Shown in pieces: positions 37,230 to 46,669 of a stretch of DNA of 64,000 nucleotides. Under the pieces are notes generated by a model, which saw only the letters and a list, made by a program, of their open reading frames with translations, searched no databases and had not been told where the DNA came from. The number at the start of each line of letters is the position of its first letter. Position 1 is the first letter of the stretch. This stretch comes from a candidate division FCPU426 bacterium (lineage in GTDB: Bacteria; Oederibacteriota; Muellerivitia; Muellerivitales; Muellerivitaceae): positions 31 through 64,030 of the forward strand of contig PLZG01000064.1 in the NCBI GenBank assembly GCA_003152075.1. The letters run 5' to 3'. The position numbers and the translations under genes were made by a program.

Positions 37230-37290
37230 GGTGGTTTGATGCGGAGCGGCGACTGAGGATTTGGCGGACCACCCATTTCCAATATCCGCC

Positions 37291-39528
37291 TCAATACCGG
37301 AATAGGCTCGGAAAGGCCCGGCGTAGGAAATAATATTCGTTGAAAGGCCGGTCATCGGTCGCCACGATCTTTTCATCGGGGTTCAGCAGAGTCTCCACCT
37401 TTACTTCCTTGGACAGTACAAACGCCAGGAAACCGGCCAAATCTTTTGAGATCATCCATTCGCTAAGGTCTGCCTGGGCGGATAGGGGCATGCGGGAAAC
37501 CATTTGAGCAGGGGAAGGAATGTCGATGGGTTTCATCGAGCCGATGAGATGGGTTCCCCAACCTTTATAGGAACCGAAGGCCCGGACATAGGGGAAAGAA
37601 ACAACAAAAGACCGCACAAAAGCCTCTTGGATCTTGTCCTCGCCGCCTGGAAACCATTGATGGACGATTCCGCCCGCGGCCAGGCGCTTTTTGACCGCCG
37701 CATAAAATCCCGTGGAATAAAGCAGGCTTGATCCGGCGGCCTCCACCGGCGGCATGGGGTCCAAGGTGATAACATCGAATTTTTGATTTGTTCGGGAAAG
37801 AAAACGCCTTCCGTCGTCGATGACGACCTGGTTTCGGGGATCCGAGAGGATCTGGTTCGCGTCAGCGAAACTTAACCCAAAATCCATGGGAACGCTGGGA
37901 ACCAATTCCACCGCCGTGGTATGGCCGCCCCAACTGACCAGGGAACGGAAGGTGGTTCCCATGCCGAAACAAATGACCATGGCCGACCAGGGCTTTCGCG
38001 GGCAGAGGGCCATGGGCAGGTGGGCCATCATCTTGGTGAGGGTGGTTAAGCGGGTGGCGCCGATTCCGTTGATCTTGATTCCGGTCTCATCTCTGCGCCG
38101 GTAATAAAAGACGGTGGCGGTGTTGTCTCGGCGCAGTTGATACCAATCTACCTTATTCACCAGATTCCATCCCTCCTCGAAGGTATGAGTGAAAAAACCG
38201 GAATAGACAAATAGCCCCAGGCCTGTTGCCATGATGATGCGATGAAAAGAAGCCTTTGAACTCAAACCGTTGAATTTGGCATAGAAAAATACGAAGGGGA
38301 GGGCTAGAAGCGTCAAGGTCCACTTGGCGCCAAGATAGGGGAGCAGCAGATAAGAGGCGGTAAGGGGCCCGAGAATACAGCCCAAAATATTCCAAGCGTA
38401 AATAGGGCCGACCCTTTCCGAATTTCCCAAGGTCCATCGGTCGATGAGGAGAGGAGTCAAATAGCCCAAAGCCGCGCAAAATGGCACCAAGCTCGCCAGG
38501 ACAAGCGGTCCATGTGGATAATCGCCCCGGGGGTCGATGAGCGCGACCGGTAAAAAGGCAAAAAGGGAAAGCAGGGCGGTTGGAACATCCAACGAAAGGG
38601 CGCTTTTTCCCCGAGCGCGTCGGCGGTAAAGCCAGGAACCCGCCCCAGTGGCGAACAAGTAAGTGGCTAGGAGCCCGGAGAAGGCGTAGATCTCGTTGCC
38701 GAGGACGGGGGTAAAGTCCCTTACCCAGCCAACCTCCATGGCCATTGAGGTGAAACCGGACATGAACAAGAAGGCCGGTATGACAGGGTCGCCGGAAATA
38801 TGGTTTTTAGCCAAGGCCGCATTTATTCGGCCTGGAGCGGCCGAAATCCGGGAACTCCAAGCAACGCTGAAAATAGCTATTAAAAGGTTCAAACAGGCGG
38901 AAAGAACCAGGGTTCCATGGAAACCAAAAAGTTCGACCAGCACAAAGGCGGTGGAAAGGGTACCGGCGCAAGCGCCCAAAACGTTGGCGAGATAAAGGAA
39001 ACTGAACCCCTTTTGTTCCCTGGGATCCTCCTCTTGAATGAAACGGGTGACCAACGGAAAAGTGGCCCCCATGAAAAAGCACCAAGGCAATAGGGAAACC
39101 AGGATCACAAGGGCGGAAAAGAAGAGGTAGTTTGTGGAATCCATATCCCCCATGGTCAGGAGGACGTTCGATCCCCACGAGAAAAGGAGGGGGACGCAAA
39201 GGGCGCCTAGACCAATCAGGGCTTCGGCTATCCCGTAGAAAAAAAGCGTCGAACGGCCCGTCTGCCGGGTGGCGGGCAAAATCCACTTTCCGCCCGCCCA
39301 ACTTCCCAGGGCCAATCCCAGCATAAAGACCGAGAGAATGACTGACATGACCGGAACGGTGATGCCGAAGTGGGCGTAGGCCAGCCTCATCCAGACGGTT
39401 TGGTAAACCAAGCCGCAGAAACCCGAGAGGAAGAACAGGAGGGATAAAATCCAATGGCGATGGGACAAATCTTGGCCTTTGTGGCGATTTGCCAGATGAA
39501 TACAGGCTCCGGCTTTAGCCGGGGACAA
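37291..39528 (-). CDS. Fused MFS-like membrane domain / spermidine-synthase-like (PABS) protein
   Basis: The N-terminal ~450 aa are polytopic (FFLSGFCGLVYQTVWMRL). The C-terminal part reads VICFGMGTTFRSLVSWGGHTTAVELVPSV...DVITLDP, an aminopropyltransferase-like fold. Confidence 0.6.
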   Translation of the reverse strand: MSPAKAGACIHLANRHKGQDLSHRHWILSLLFFLSGFCGLVYQTVWMRLAYAHFGITVPVMSVILSVFMLGLALGSWAGGKWILPATRQTGRSTLFFYGIAEALIGLGALCVPLLFSWGSNVLLTMGDMDSTNYLFFSALVILVSLLPWCFFMGATFPLVTRFIQEEDPREQKGFSFLYLANVLGACAGTLSTAFVLVELFGFHGTLVLSACLNLLIAIFSVAWSSRISAAPGRINAALAKNHISGDPVIPAFLFMSGFTSMAMEVGWVRDFTPVLGNEIYAFSGLLATYLFATGAGSWLYRRRARGKSALSLDVPTALLSLFAFLPVALIDPRGDYPHGPLVLASLVPFCAALGYLTPLLIDRWTLGNSERVGPIYAWNILGCILGPLTASYLLLPYLGAKWTLTLLALPFVFFYAKFNGLSSKASFHRIIMATGLGLFVYSGFFTHTFEEGWNLVNKVDWYQLRRDNTATVFYYRRRDETGIKINGIGATRLTTLTKMMAHLPMALCPRKPWSAMVICFGMGTTFRSLVSWGGHTTAVELVPSVPMDFGLSFADANQILSDPRNQVVIDDGRRFLSRTNQKFDVITLDPMPPVEAAGSSLLYSTGFYAAVKKRLAAGGIVHQWFPGGEDKIQEAFVRSFVVSFPYVRAFGSYKGWGTHLIGSMKPIDIPSPAQMVSRMPLSAQADLSEWMISKDLAGFLAFVLSKEVKVETLLNPDEKIVATDDRPFNEYYFLRRAFPSLFRY

Positions 39529-39790
39529 GCCGAGCGCTTGGCCGGGTCCCGGCCAAGAGGTGACCTTAAGCTAAACAGGGGATAACATAACATGGATTCT
39601 TGGGTGAGGAGTCCAAAACTTCGGAAGCATTCCCCGCCCGTTCTTTTCGCCTGGCCCTTTGACTATTGGGAAAAATAGGGGACACCTGGTTTTATTTCGA
39701 GATTCCCGGAAAGATTTTAAATCAAAAGCCTTCCCTACCGGTGTCATCCACTATGCCCTTTACCGATTGGAAGAATTTACCTTCCCGGCT

Positions 39791-41959
39791 TTAGCGCTCC
39801 TGAAAGGCCGAAGCGGGAACGACCTCGAATTTATCGTCCCCCGGCTTCTTCCACAAAAAACTGAAGGCTGGACTAAACCTCGACGTGTTTTGGAAATCGA
39901 TGACGATCGAGTGCGATCCCTTGGCCAAATGAATCCCCCGGGAGGGCTCGTTCCCGGTGAGAGTCGCGGATTCCCGGTTGATCGAAAAGGCCGAAGGATC
40001 ACTGGCAAGGCCTAAGAAAAAATAAGTCCCCGTTACCGGCGCCACCAAAAACCCGTCCCAACGGGCGTAAACGGCGTTGCTTCCGCCCAAAGGAAAATCA
40101 TCTTTCGAGGTGAAATTGAGCAAGGGATCCTGGTGCACCAATACCGGGCGGCTCCGGGGGTCCGGGGATTCACGGTAAGCCCCTCGGAGGCCGAAAGGGG
40201 ATTTGAGAAATTTTTCTGCCCTTCTTCGCCCCAGGGCGACCCGCTCCGGGGGAACCCGGTAAAAATAAACAATGGAATGGCCCTGGATATCCTTCGCGTC
40301 CTCCCTTTCCCCTCCTGGATAAAGCGATTGGAGCAGTTGAAGAACGCCTTTTTGGCCCTCCTCCAGCGCGAAAAAAGCCCCGCGCCCCGGGGGCTGGTGC
40401 GCCAAGGAGAGGCTTTCGGGCAGGTTGAACAGGCGCATGTGGTCCTTTTCGGAATAACCCAAAAACACGACCGTGTAATGTCCGTGAAAAAGAGGGGAGA
40501 GGTAATATTCGTATTCTTCCCCATGCTGGGCGATGGTTTTACCGACGATGGTTTTATCCGTGTCCGCCCCCCGCCAACAGGAATAATCCACCGCCTGCTC
40601 GAAGAAGTAGGTTTTGAAATTCAAGGCCAGCATCAGCCCCAGCATGACGAAAAGCAGGGCGGTGGAAAGCCGGGACGCCGCGGGTTTTCCCGACGACCGG
40701 AGCCTGGCCCAACTCGAATCCAGGGCGCCAGCGGCTAGGAGGGCCACGAAAGGGATGGCCCCGAAGGCCCGGCTGGCGCTCGCCGCGTCGTTGGAAAGGA
40801 AGGCCGGAAGGCACATCACACAAAGCCCTGCGAGGGGATAGAAATATTTCCTCTCCCGCCAGTGAAAAAGGGCATGGAAAAACCCCAGCGCCAAAAGGAC
40901 ACCCGTCACATCATCCAGCATCCGGTGGTGGGGAAGGTTATGGAGGTGCCAGGCATCCCCCTGGCGGTTGAACATGAGGATGGAGTCCATCAGTTGGGAA
41001 AAAAGAGGCGTCAGGCTCCCGCTCTCCATCAGCCGGGGAAAAATGAAAACATTCTTTTCCCGCCAACTCAAAAATCCGTTTTGGATCCAATAGAGCCAGA
41101 TGGGGGCGGATAACAAAAGGGCGAGCGCGCCAAAAACCGTGATCGCTCCCCAGCGAATTTTGGTTTTTTCGGGGTTCCACCGGATCTCGTAAAGAAAGAG
41201 AACCAGGATGAGGAGGGGAAAAGCCCGGTAGGACTGATAGGCGTAAAAGCCCCCGGCGAAAAAGATGGCGCCCATTCCCCAAGCCCAGGCTTTCCCGATC
41301 CGAAGGCCGTGAAGCACGAAGGCCAGGGTGCCCAGGATGTAAAAAAGAATCTCAATCGCCGGGTGTCCGTTGCGGCTGAAGGTAAGGTCCCAGCGGGAGA
41401 CGGACAGGATAAAGAGGGCCAGGAGGGCGGTCCGGGGGCCGGCGAGCTGGCGGAAGGTCCAGTAGGCAAGCGGCAGGGTCCCCAGCGAAATGAAAACCGA
41501 GAAAAGGAAAAAATGGACTTGGGTGGGGGAAAAAAATTTGAACCAGAGGGCCAGCAGGTAATAGAGGGGTATATCCCAGTTTGAAAGGTTGAAAATCTGG
41601 TAAAAGGGACGCCAACCCTCCCTCAAGATGGTCAGGGCGCCCCAACCCAGGCAGGACTCGTCGTAATAAATTCCCGCCGGAAATCGATCCAGCCGGTAAA
41701 CCCGCATTCCCAGCGCGACCAGGAAAATAAAACAAAGGATCCCGATTTCCTGGGAGGGGACCAAGCCTCTTTCGGGTTTTTGCCGTAATAGGGGTGGGGA
41801 TAGGGCGAAGAGGACTCCCGCAAAGGCGAGGAGGAAAAAGCCTGGCCAGAGGGTCCAGGCGTTCTCCCGCTGGGCCAGGAAATACTGCCCGCCGGCGCCC
41901 AAAAGTAAAGCTCCCGGAATCAGGTAGATGGAAAAATGGCCGCGGGTTTTGGAGGGCAT
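39791..41959 (-). CDS. GT-C (PMT/ArnT-like) membrane glycosyltransferase fused to C-terminal PA14 domain, paralog 1
   Basis: The N-terminal loop reads RLDRFPAGIYYDESCLGWGAL, followed by about 11 TM helices. The C-terminal part (DDFPLGGSNAVYARWDGFLVAPVTGTYFFLGLASDPSAFSIN...) is PA14-like. Confidence 0.6.
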   Translation of the reverse strand: MPSKTRGHFSIYLIPGALLLGAGGQYFLAQRENAWTLWPGFFLLAFAGVLFALSPPLLRQKPERGLVPSQEIGILCFIFLVALGMRVYRLDRFPAGIYYDESCLGWGALTILREGWRPFYQIFNLSNWDIPLYYLLALWFKFFSPTQVHFFLFSVFISLGTLPLAYWTFRQLAGPRTALLALFILSVSRWDLTFSRNGHPAIEILFYILGTLAFVLHGLRIGKAWAWGMGAIFFAGGFYAYQSYRAFPLLILVLFLYEIRWNPEKTKIRWGAITVFGALALLLSAPIWLYWIQNGFLSWREKNVFIFPRLMESGSLTPLFSQLMDSILMFNRQGDAWHLHNLPHHRMLDDVTGVLLALGFFHALFHWRERKYFYPLAGLCVMCLPAFLSNDAASASRAFGAIPFVALLAAGALDSSWARLRSSGKPAASRLSTALLFVMLGLMLALNFKTYFFEQAVDYSCWRGADTDKTIVGKTIAQHGEEYEYYLSPLFHGHYTVVFLGYSEKDHMRLFNLPESLSLAHQPPGRGAFFALEEGQKGVLQLLQSLYPGGEREDAKDIQGHSIVYFYRVPPERVALGRRRAEKFLKSPFGLRGAYRESPDPRSRPVLVHQDPLLNFTSKDDFPLGGSNAVYARWDGFLVAPVTGTYFFLGLASDPSAFSINRESATLTGNEPSRGIHLAKGSHSIVIDFQNTSRFSPAFSFLWKKPGDDKFEVVPASAFQER

Positions 41960-41971
41960 GGCGTCAGTATA

Positions 41972-44221
41972 TCATTCAGCGTGGAACGGTCTAAGGCTAG
42001 GCCTGTAGGCATCGCAAGGGACTACCTCAAATTTCGTCCCTCCCTGTTTTTTCCAAGCCAAGCTCAAGGCCGTGTCCGTTCCGGAGATTTTCCGGAAAAA
42101 TAAATCCATTTTATGTGGGCCCCTATTCAGCGAAATATCCCGCGACACGGCGTTCCCCTCGAAGAAAACCGTTTTTCCATCCAGCGTCATTCGGGCCTCG
42201 TCAGTGGTCAGGGCCAAGAACTGGTACCTATCGGCAAAGGGAACATACAAGTTCCCAGTCCAATGAACTAAAAAAGGCGTGGCGGGGTCCAAGGGAAAAT
42301 CGTTTCGAAAGGTGAAATTGATTAGCGCATCCCGGTGGACTAGGGTTGGGCGGCTGTTCCAATCCAGCGAGTGGAAATAAGTTCCTGTCAGACCCGTCCT
42401 GCCCCTCGAGAATTTATCCATTAAAGGACGGTCCTTCTCCACGACGTTCAAGGGAACCCGATAAAAATAAACCAGCACCCGGCCTGAGGGATCACGAACT
42501 GTCTCACTTTCTCCTCCGGGGTAAAGGACTTGCAGTAATTGGAAAACCCCGCTTTGTCCTTCTTCTAAGGCGAAGAAGAGGCCCCGTGATGGCGGACTCA
42601 GGGAGGGAAGGGAATCCTTATAAAGGCCCAACTCGTGAGTATGGTTCCTCTCGGAATAAGCCAGAAATTTCACCGAATAGTGATCTATAAAATGTGAAGA
42701 TAGGTAATACTCGAACTGGTCCGATTCCCGGGCTATTTTTTCACCGACGTAAGTTGCGTCGGTAGAGGGGCCCCTCCAACAATCCAAATTACCCGCCTGT
42801 TTCCCGAAATAAGTCGTGAAATTCTGGAAAGTCATGAGACTTAAGACCGCCGCCAGGAGAAAGATGGCGGGCTTGAAGGCCTGGACCCTTTCCCAGATAG
42901 CGGAGAGGCCTAAAGCCGACAGAAAGCAAACGAAGGGAATGCCCCCGAAAGCCCGGCTGGCGTGGGCGGCGTTGACCGACAGAAAGGCCGGAAGACTCAT
43001 CACGAGAAACCCGGTTAAGGGATAAAAATATTTCCGTTCCCGGACCCGAGTCCAGGCCAGCGCCACTCCGAAAATAAAGAAAAGGCCGGTGACGTCATCC
43101 AGCATCCGGTGCCCCGGAAGATTATGAAGGAACCAGGGGTCACCTTGTCGGTTGAACATCAAAGCCGTCCCGAGGAAATGCTCGATCAGAGGAAGGATAT
43201 TCCAATCCTGAAAAAGGGAAGGAATGATGAAAAGTTCCTTTTCCCTATCCCCCAGGTTTCCCATTTTTAAGCGGTAGGTCCACAAAGGCGAAGTAACGGC
43301 GAGAGTGGCAAGGGCAGCGGTAGGCAAGGCAGTTTTTAAGAAGCTATTTTTGAACTTACTTAACCACAACTCATAAAGGGCATAGACCAGGGCCAGCAAC
43401 AAAAAGGCCTTGTAAGCTTGGTAGGCGTAAAAGCCGGACGCGAAAAAAAAAGTCCCGGCCGCTAGGGCCCAGGCATTTCGTTCTTTCAAAGCGTAAAGCC
43501 AGAATCCCAAGGCGCCGAACATGAAAAAAAGGATTAGAATGGCCGGGTGACCATCGCGGCTGTAGGTTACGTCCCAACGCATCACAGCCAAAAGAAAAAG
43601 CCCCAAGAGGGCGACGGGAACGGCAGTTAATTGGCGGAAGACCCAGTAAACCAAGGGGAAAGTGATGAGGGAAATAACGGCGGAGAAAAGAAAAAAATGC
43701 TCCTTCGTGGGTGTTAGGATCTTAAACCAGAGAGCCAGCCCGAAGTAAATGATCTGATCCCAGACCAACAGGTGATAAATCTCGTAAAAGGGTCTCCAAC
43801 CTTCCTGAAGGATTCGCAAGGCTCCCCATCCCTCGCAAGCCTCATCCGTGAAGATCCCGGGAGGGAATTCGCCGAGCCGGTAAGTCCGGAAAAAAGCCGC
43901 CAAGCCCAGGATCATGAAGAATAAAATCGCCTCTAATCCCGGGGAGAGGGGCGCTGAGGGCTGGGATTTTTTTTTGCTGGCCAAAGTGAAGCGGAGAAAA
44001 AGAGGGATCGCGATGGCGTAGAGGCCGCAGCCAGCCCAGGCGGTCCAAGGTTTGTCTCGCTGGATGAGGAGGAATTGGCCCATGGCGGCCAAAAGCAGGG
44101 TCATGGGAAGGAACCAGGAGGGAGGCGCTTCAAGTGAAGTGGCTTGTTTTCGCAAGTGGGGCTTGGCCCGCTGTTTGTCTCTCATGATTTTCCAAATTAT
44201 AAAGCCTTCGCCCTTCCACAT
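41972..44221 (-). CDS. GT-C (PMT/ArnT-like) membrane glycosyltransferase fused to C-terminal PA14 domain, paralog 2
   Basis: The architecture matches paralog 1 (FTDEACEGWGAL...; RNDFPLDPATPFLVHWTGNLYVPFADRYQFLALTTDEARMTL). The probable start is MRDKQRAK at ~44185. Confidence 0.6.
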   Translation of the reverse strand: MWKGEGFIIWKIMRDKQRAKPHLRKQATSLEAPPSWFLPMTLLLAAMGQFLLIQRDKPWTAWAGCGLYAIAIPLFLRFTLASKKKSQPSAPLSPGLEAILFFMILGLAAFFRTYRLGEFPPGIFTDEACEGWGALRILQEGWRPFYEIYHLLVWDQIIYFGLALWFKILTPTKEHFFLFSAVISLITFPLVYWVFRQLTAVPVALLGLFLLAVMRWDVTYSRDGHPAILILFFMFGALGFWLYALKERNAWALAAGTFFFASGFYAYQAYKAFLLLALVYALYELWLSKFKNSFLKTALPTAALATLAVTSPLWTYRLKMGNLGDREKELFIIPSLFQDWNILPLIEHFLGTALMFNRQGDPWFLHNLPGHRMLDDVTGLFFIFGVALAWTRVRERKYFYPLTGFLVMSLPAFLSVNAAHASRAFGGIPFVCFLSALGLSAIWERVQAFKPAIFLLAAVLSLMTFQNFTTYFGKQAGNLDCWRGPSTDATYVGEKIARESDQFEYYLSSHFIDHYSVKFLAYSERNHTHELGLYKDSLPSLSPPSRGLFFALEEGQSGVFQLLQVLYPGGESETVRDPSGRVLVYFYRVPLNVVEKDRPLMDKFSRGRTGLTGTYFHSLDWNSRPTLVHRDALINFTFRNDFPLDPATPFLVHWTGNLYVPFADRYQFLALTTDEARMTLDGKTVFFEGNAVSRDISLNRGPHKMDLFFRKISGTDTALSLAWKKQGGTKFEVVPCDAYRPSLRPFHAE

Positions 44222-44270
44222 CGGGGGAAATAAATTTCTTAATACCCCCTTCCGTCATTAAAATACGGAA

Positions 44271-46409
44271 ATGGACAACCAAAGGCGATTCTGGTTCTTG
44301 GGGGGGGCGCTCTTTTTCGCCGTTCTGGGCCAATATTTTTTATTCCAAAAAGACCTCTCTTGGACATTGGGCCCCGGGCTTGCCTTTTTCTTGACGGCCA
44401 TCCTTCTTTTTATCGCTCCCGGCTCAAACAAGCTTTCCTACCCGCTTCCCCAAGGCAGGCTTTCCTCTAAGGCCGAATGGACTGGGGCCGTCCTCACCGG
44501 CTTATTGGCTCTTTTTTTCCGTCTTTATCATATCCAATCGGTTCCACCGGGAATGACGGTCGAAGAAACTTTCTGGTCCTGGCTGGGTTCCAATGTTTCC
44601 GCGTCCCATTGGGCCGAATATTATCCCACTGGTTTGGCGGGGACCTTCGCCGATGTTCCCTGCTTGGCCTCCCTTTGGTTCCACCTGTTCAAGCCCAGTC
44701 ATTTATCCTTCAGCCTTTTTTATGTTTTTCTTTCCATGTTGTCTTTTCCATTAGGTTACTTTTTTTTTCGGGAGTTGTCTGGCCCCGCAACCGCTCTTTT
44801 GACCCTGTGGTTTTGGGCGGTGATGCAATGGCACGTGAGTTTGAGCCGTAATGGGCACCCGGCCATTACGATCCTGATTTATATACTGGGCGCCTTGTTG
44901 TTTCACCGACTGGCGTGGAAACAGGGAAAAATATTTTTTTGGGTTCTGGCGGGTGTATTTTTGGGGTTGGGTTTTTACGCTTATCCCGCTTTCCGCGCCT
45001 GTCTGCTCCTGCTTCCCCTGTTTTTATTCTATGAATACCGTCTTGATCCTTCACAACGACGTTTTCCCTTGGTCCGAGTCCTTTTGCTTTTGACGGTTTT
45101 CTTCGCTGTTTCCGGAAACTGTTGGATAGCCATGTGGAATCAACAACATTGGATCACCGGGACTACGAAGGACAATAATTTCGTTGGCCGCCAAGTTGTC
45201 GAGGAGAAGAGCCTGCGGCCCCTCTGGCGGAATATTTCCCAAACCTTGTTAGCTTTTCAACGAACGGGTTCTTATTCGACGCAGGAAAACATTCCCTCCC
45301 ACCGACTTTTGGACGATGTTACCGGAGTACTTTCCACCCTTGGTTTTTTCTTGGCCGCGTGGCGTTGGAGGGAAAGAAAGTATTTTTATGCAATCGTGGG
45401 CGTCACCGTTCTCAGCTTCCCCTGCCTTCTTTCCGACCAACCCTTGCACACCAGTCGTATGCTGGGGGTAGCCCCCTTTGTGGCTTACTTGGCGGCCCTG
45501 GCCGCCATTGAAATTTGGGAGAGGACAGCTTCCTCAAGGATCGCTAGGAAACTTACCTTGGGTTTGGGGATAGGGGCAGCCCTTCTGGGCGTTTCCGAGA
45601 ATTTTAAAACTTATTTCGTTGACCGCCCCCAAAATGAGGCTTGTTGGCGGGAAGCGGGCGTGGCACCCATGAAAACTGGACAAGCCATCGCTGGCTTGGG
45701 AGACCAATATGAATATTACCTTTCCCCAACTTTTTTCGGTCAATATACCGTCCTGTTTCTGGGCCATTCCCAGATAGGACATCTTCATTTCCTAGACACA
45801 CCTGGTTGCTTTCATTATCTTTCCCCTCCTCCCGAGCGAGGTTTGTTTTTCATCCTGCAGGAAGGTCGAACGGGGGTCCTCAAGGTTCTCCAGGGGCTTT
45901 ATCCGGGAGGCGTAACCGAAAAGTTAATGGATCCCTGGAGCCGCCCTTATCTTTATTTTTTTAGTGTTCCGGCCGAAGCCTGTTCCCCCAGCCGATTTTT
46001 TCCCTTGGATCCCGCCCGTTCTTGGAAGGGAACCTACTGGACTTCCAACGCCCAACCCGTCCTGACCCAATCCGACCCGGTTTTAAATTATTCCTACCGG
46101 GATGATTTTCCCGTGAAAAACGCGTCGTCTCTGCGGGTGGAATGGCTGGGGACTCTCCATCCCGAAAAAGTCGGGCTGTACCATTTCCTGATGGTGGCCA
46201 GTGACCACACGAAGGCGGAGATGGAAGTTAACGGTAAAAAGGTAGCTGCCCTCGCCAACCAGGAAGCCGGGTTTTCAATGGAAAGGAAAGATTACCGGGT
46301 GGTTATCCGCTATCAAAGGGAAGGGGGATTCGAAAGTGTCTTTCACCTGGCCTGGAAACCTCCTGGAGCCGATCACTATGAGATTGTGCCCCCCGAAGCC
46401 CTGAAATAA
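44271..46409 (+). CDS. GT-C (PMT/ArnT-like) membrane glycosyltransferase fused to C-terminal PA14 domain, paralog 3
   Basis: The architecture matches paralog 1 (MTVEETFWSWLG...; RDDFPVKNASSLRVEWLGTLHPEKVGLYHFLMVASDHTKAEMEV). Confidence 0.6.
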   Translation: MDNQRRFWFLGGALFFAVLGQYFLFQKDLSWTLGPGLAFFLTAILLFIAPGSNKLSYPLPQGRLSSKAEWTGAVLTGLLALFFRLYHIQSVPPGMTVEETFWSWLGSNVSASHWAEYYPTGLAGTFADVPCLASLWFHLFKPSHLSFSLFYVFLSMLSFPLGYFFFRELSGPATALLTLWFWAVMQWHVSLSRNGHPAITILIYILGALLFHRLAWKQGKIFFWVLAGVFLGLGFYAYPAFRACLLLLPLFLFYEYRLDPSQRRFPLVRVLLLLTVFFAVSGNCWIAMWNQQHWITGTTKDNNFVGRQVVEEKSLRPLWRNISQTLLAFQRTGSYSTQENIPSHRLLDDVTGVLSTLGFFLAAWRWRERKYFYAIVGVTVLSFPCLLSDQPLHTSRMLGVAPFVAYLAALAAIEIWERTASSRIARKLTLGLGIGAALLGVSENFKTYFVDRPQNEACWREAGVAPMKTGQAIAGLGDQYEYYLSPTFFGQYTVLFLGHSQIGHLHFLDTPGCFHYLSPPPERGLFFILQEGRTGVLKVLQGLYPGGVTEKLMDPWSRPYLYFFSVPAEACSPSRFFPLDPARSWKGTYWTSNAQPVLTQSDPVLNYSYRDDFPVKNASSLRVEWLGTLHPEKVGLYHFLMVASDHTKAEMEVNGKKVAALANQEAGFSMERKDYRVVIRYQREGGFESVFHLAWKPPGADHYEIVPPEALK

Positions 46410-46494
46410 CGGGGTGAATGGGCTGAAAATATGTCTCTCGTCATTGAAAGACCAGCTATTTCGACCTAATTTGTCCCTGACAATTAGGTCGGTT

Positions 46495-46645
46495 TAAATA
46501 GCTGTCATTGCGAGGAATGCCCGCCGAATAGGCAGGGGTTATGACAAAGCAACCCCAGTCTAAAAAAGCTTTAAAGGCGTATTTAAACTGAGGTTGCCCC
46601 GTCGTAAACGTTCCCTATTCGGGAGCACTCCTCGCAATGACAGCA
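46495..46645. repeat. MITE-like element B, dimeric palindromic form (two inverted ~72-bp units; unit bounded by TTTAAATA, core CTGTCATTGCGAGGA-GCCCGCGAATAGCGGGC-GCAACC)
   Basis: A 16-bp terminal inverted repeat GCTGTCATTGCGAGGA ... TCCTCGCAATGACAGC is present. The unit recurs at 61534-61612 and, diverged, at 49265-49335. Confidence 0.7.
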
Positions 46646-46669
46646 GGTTAAATTTTTAAAGGAAACGAA

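Noticed and set aside
46440-46669. Possible CIRCE/HrcA operator upstream of clpB.
   Set aside because: The palindrome present is the MITE-B terminal repeat (GCTGTCATTGCGAGGA). It does not match TTAGCACTC-N9-GAGTGCTAA.
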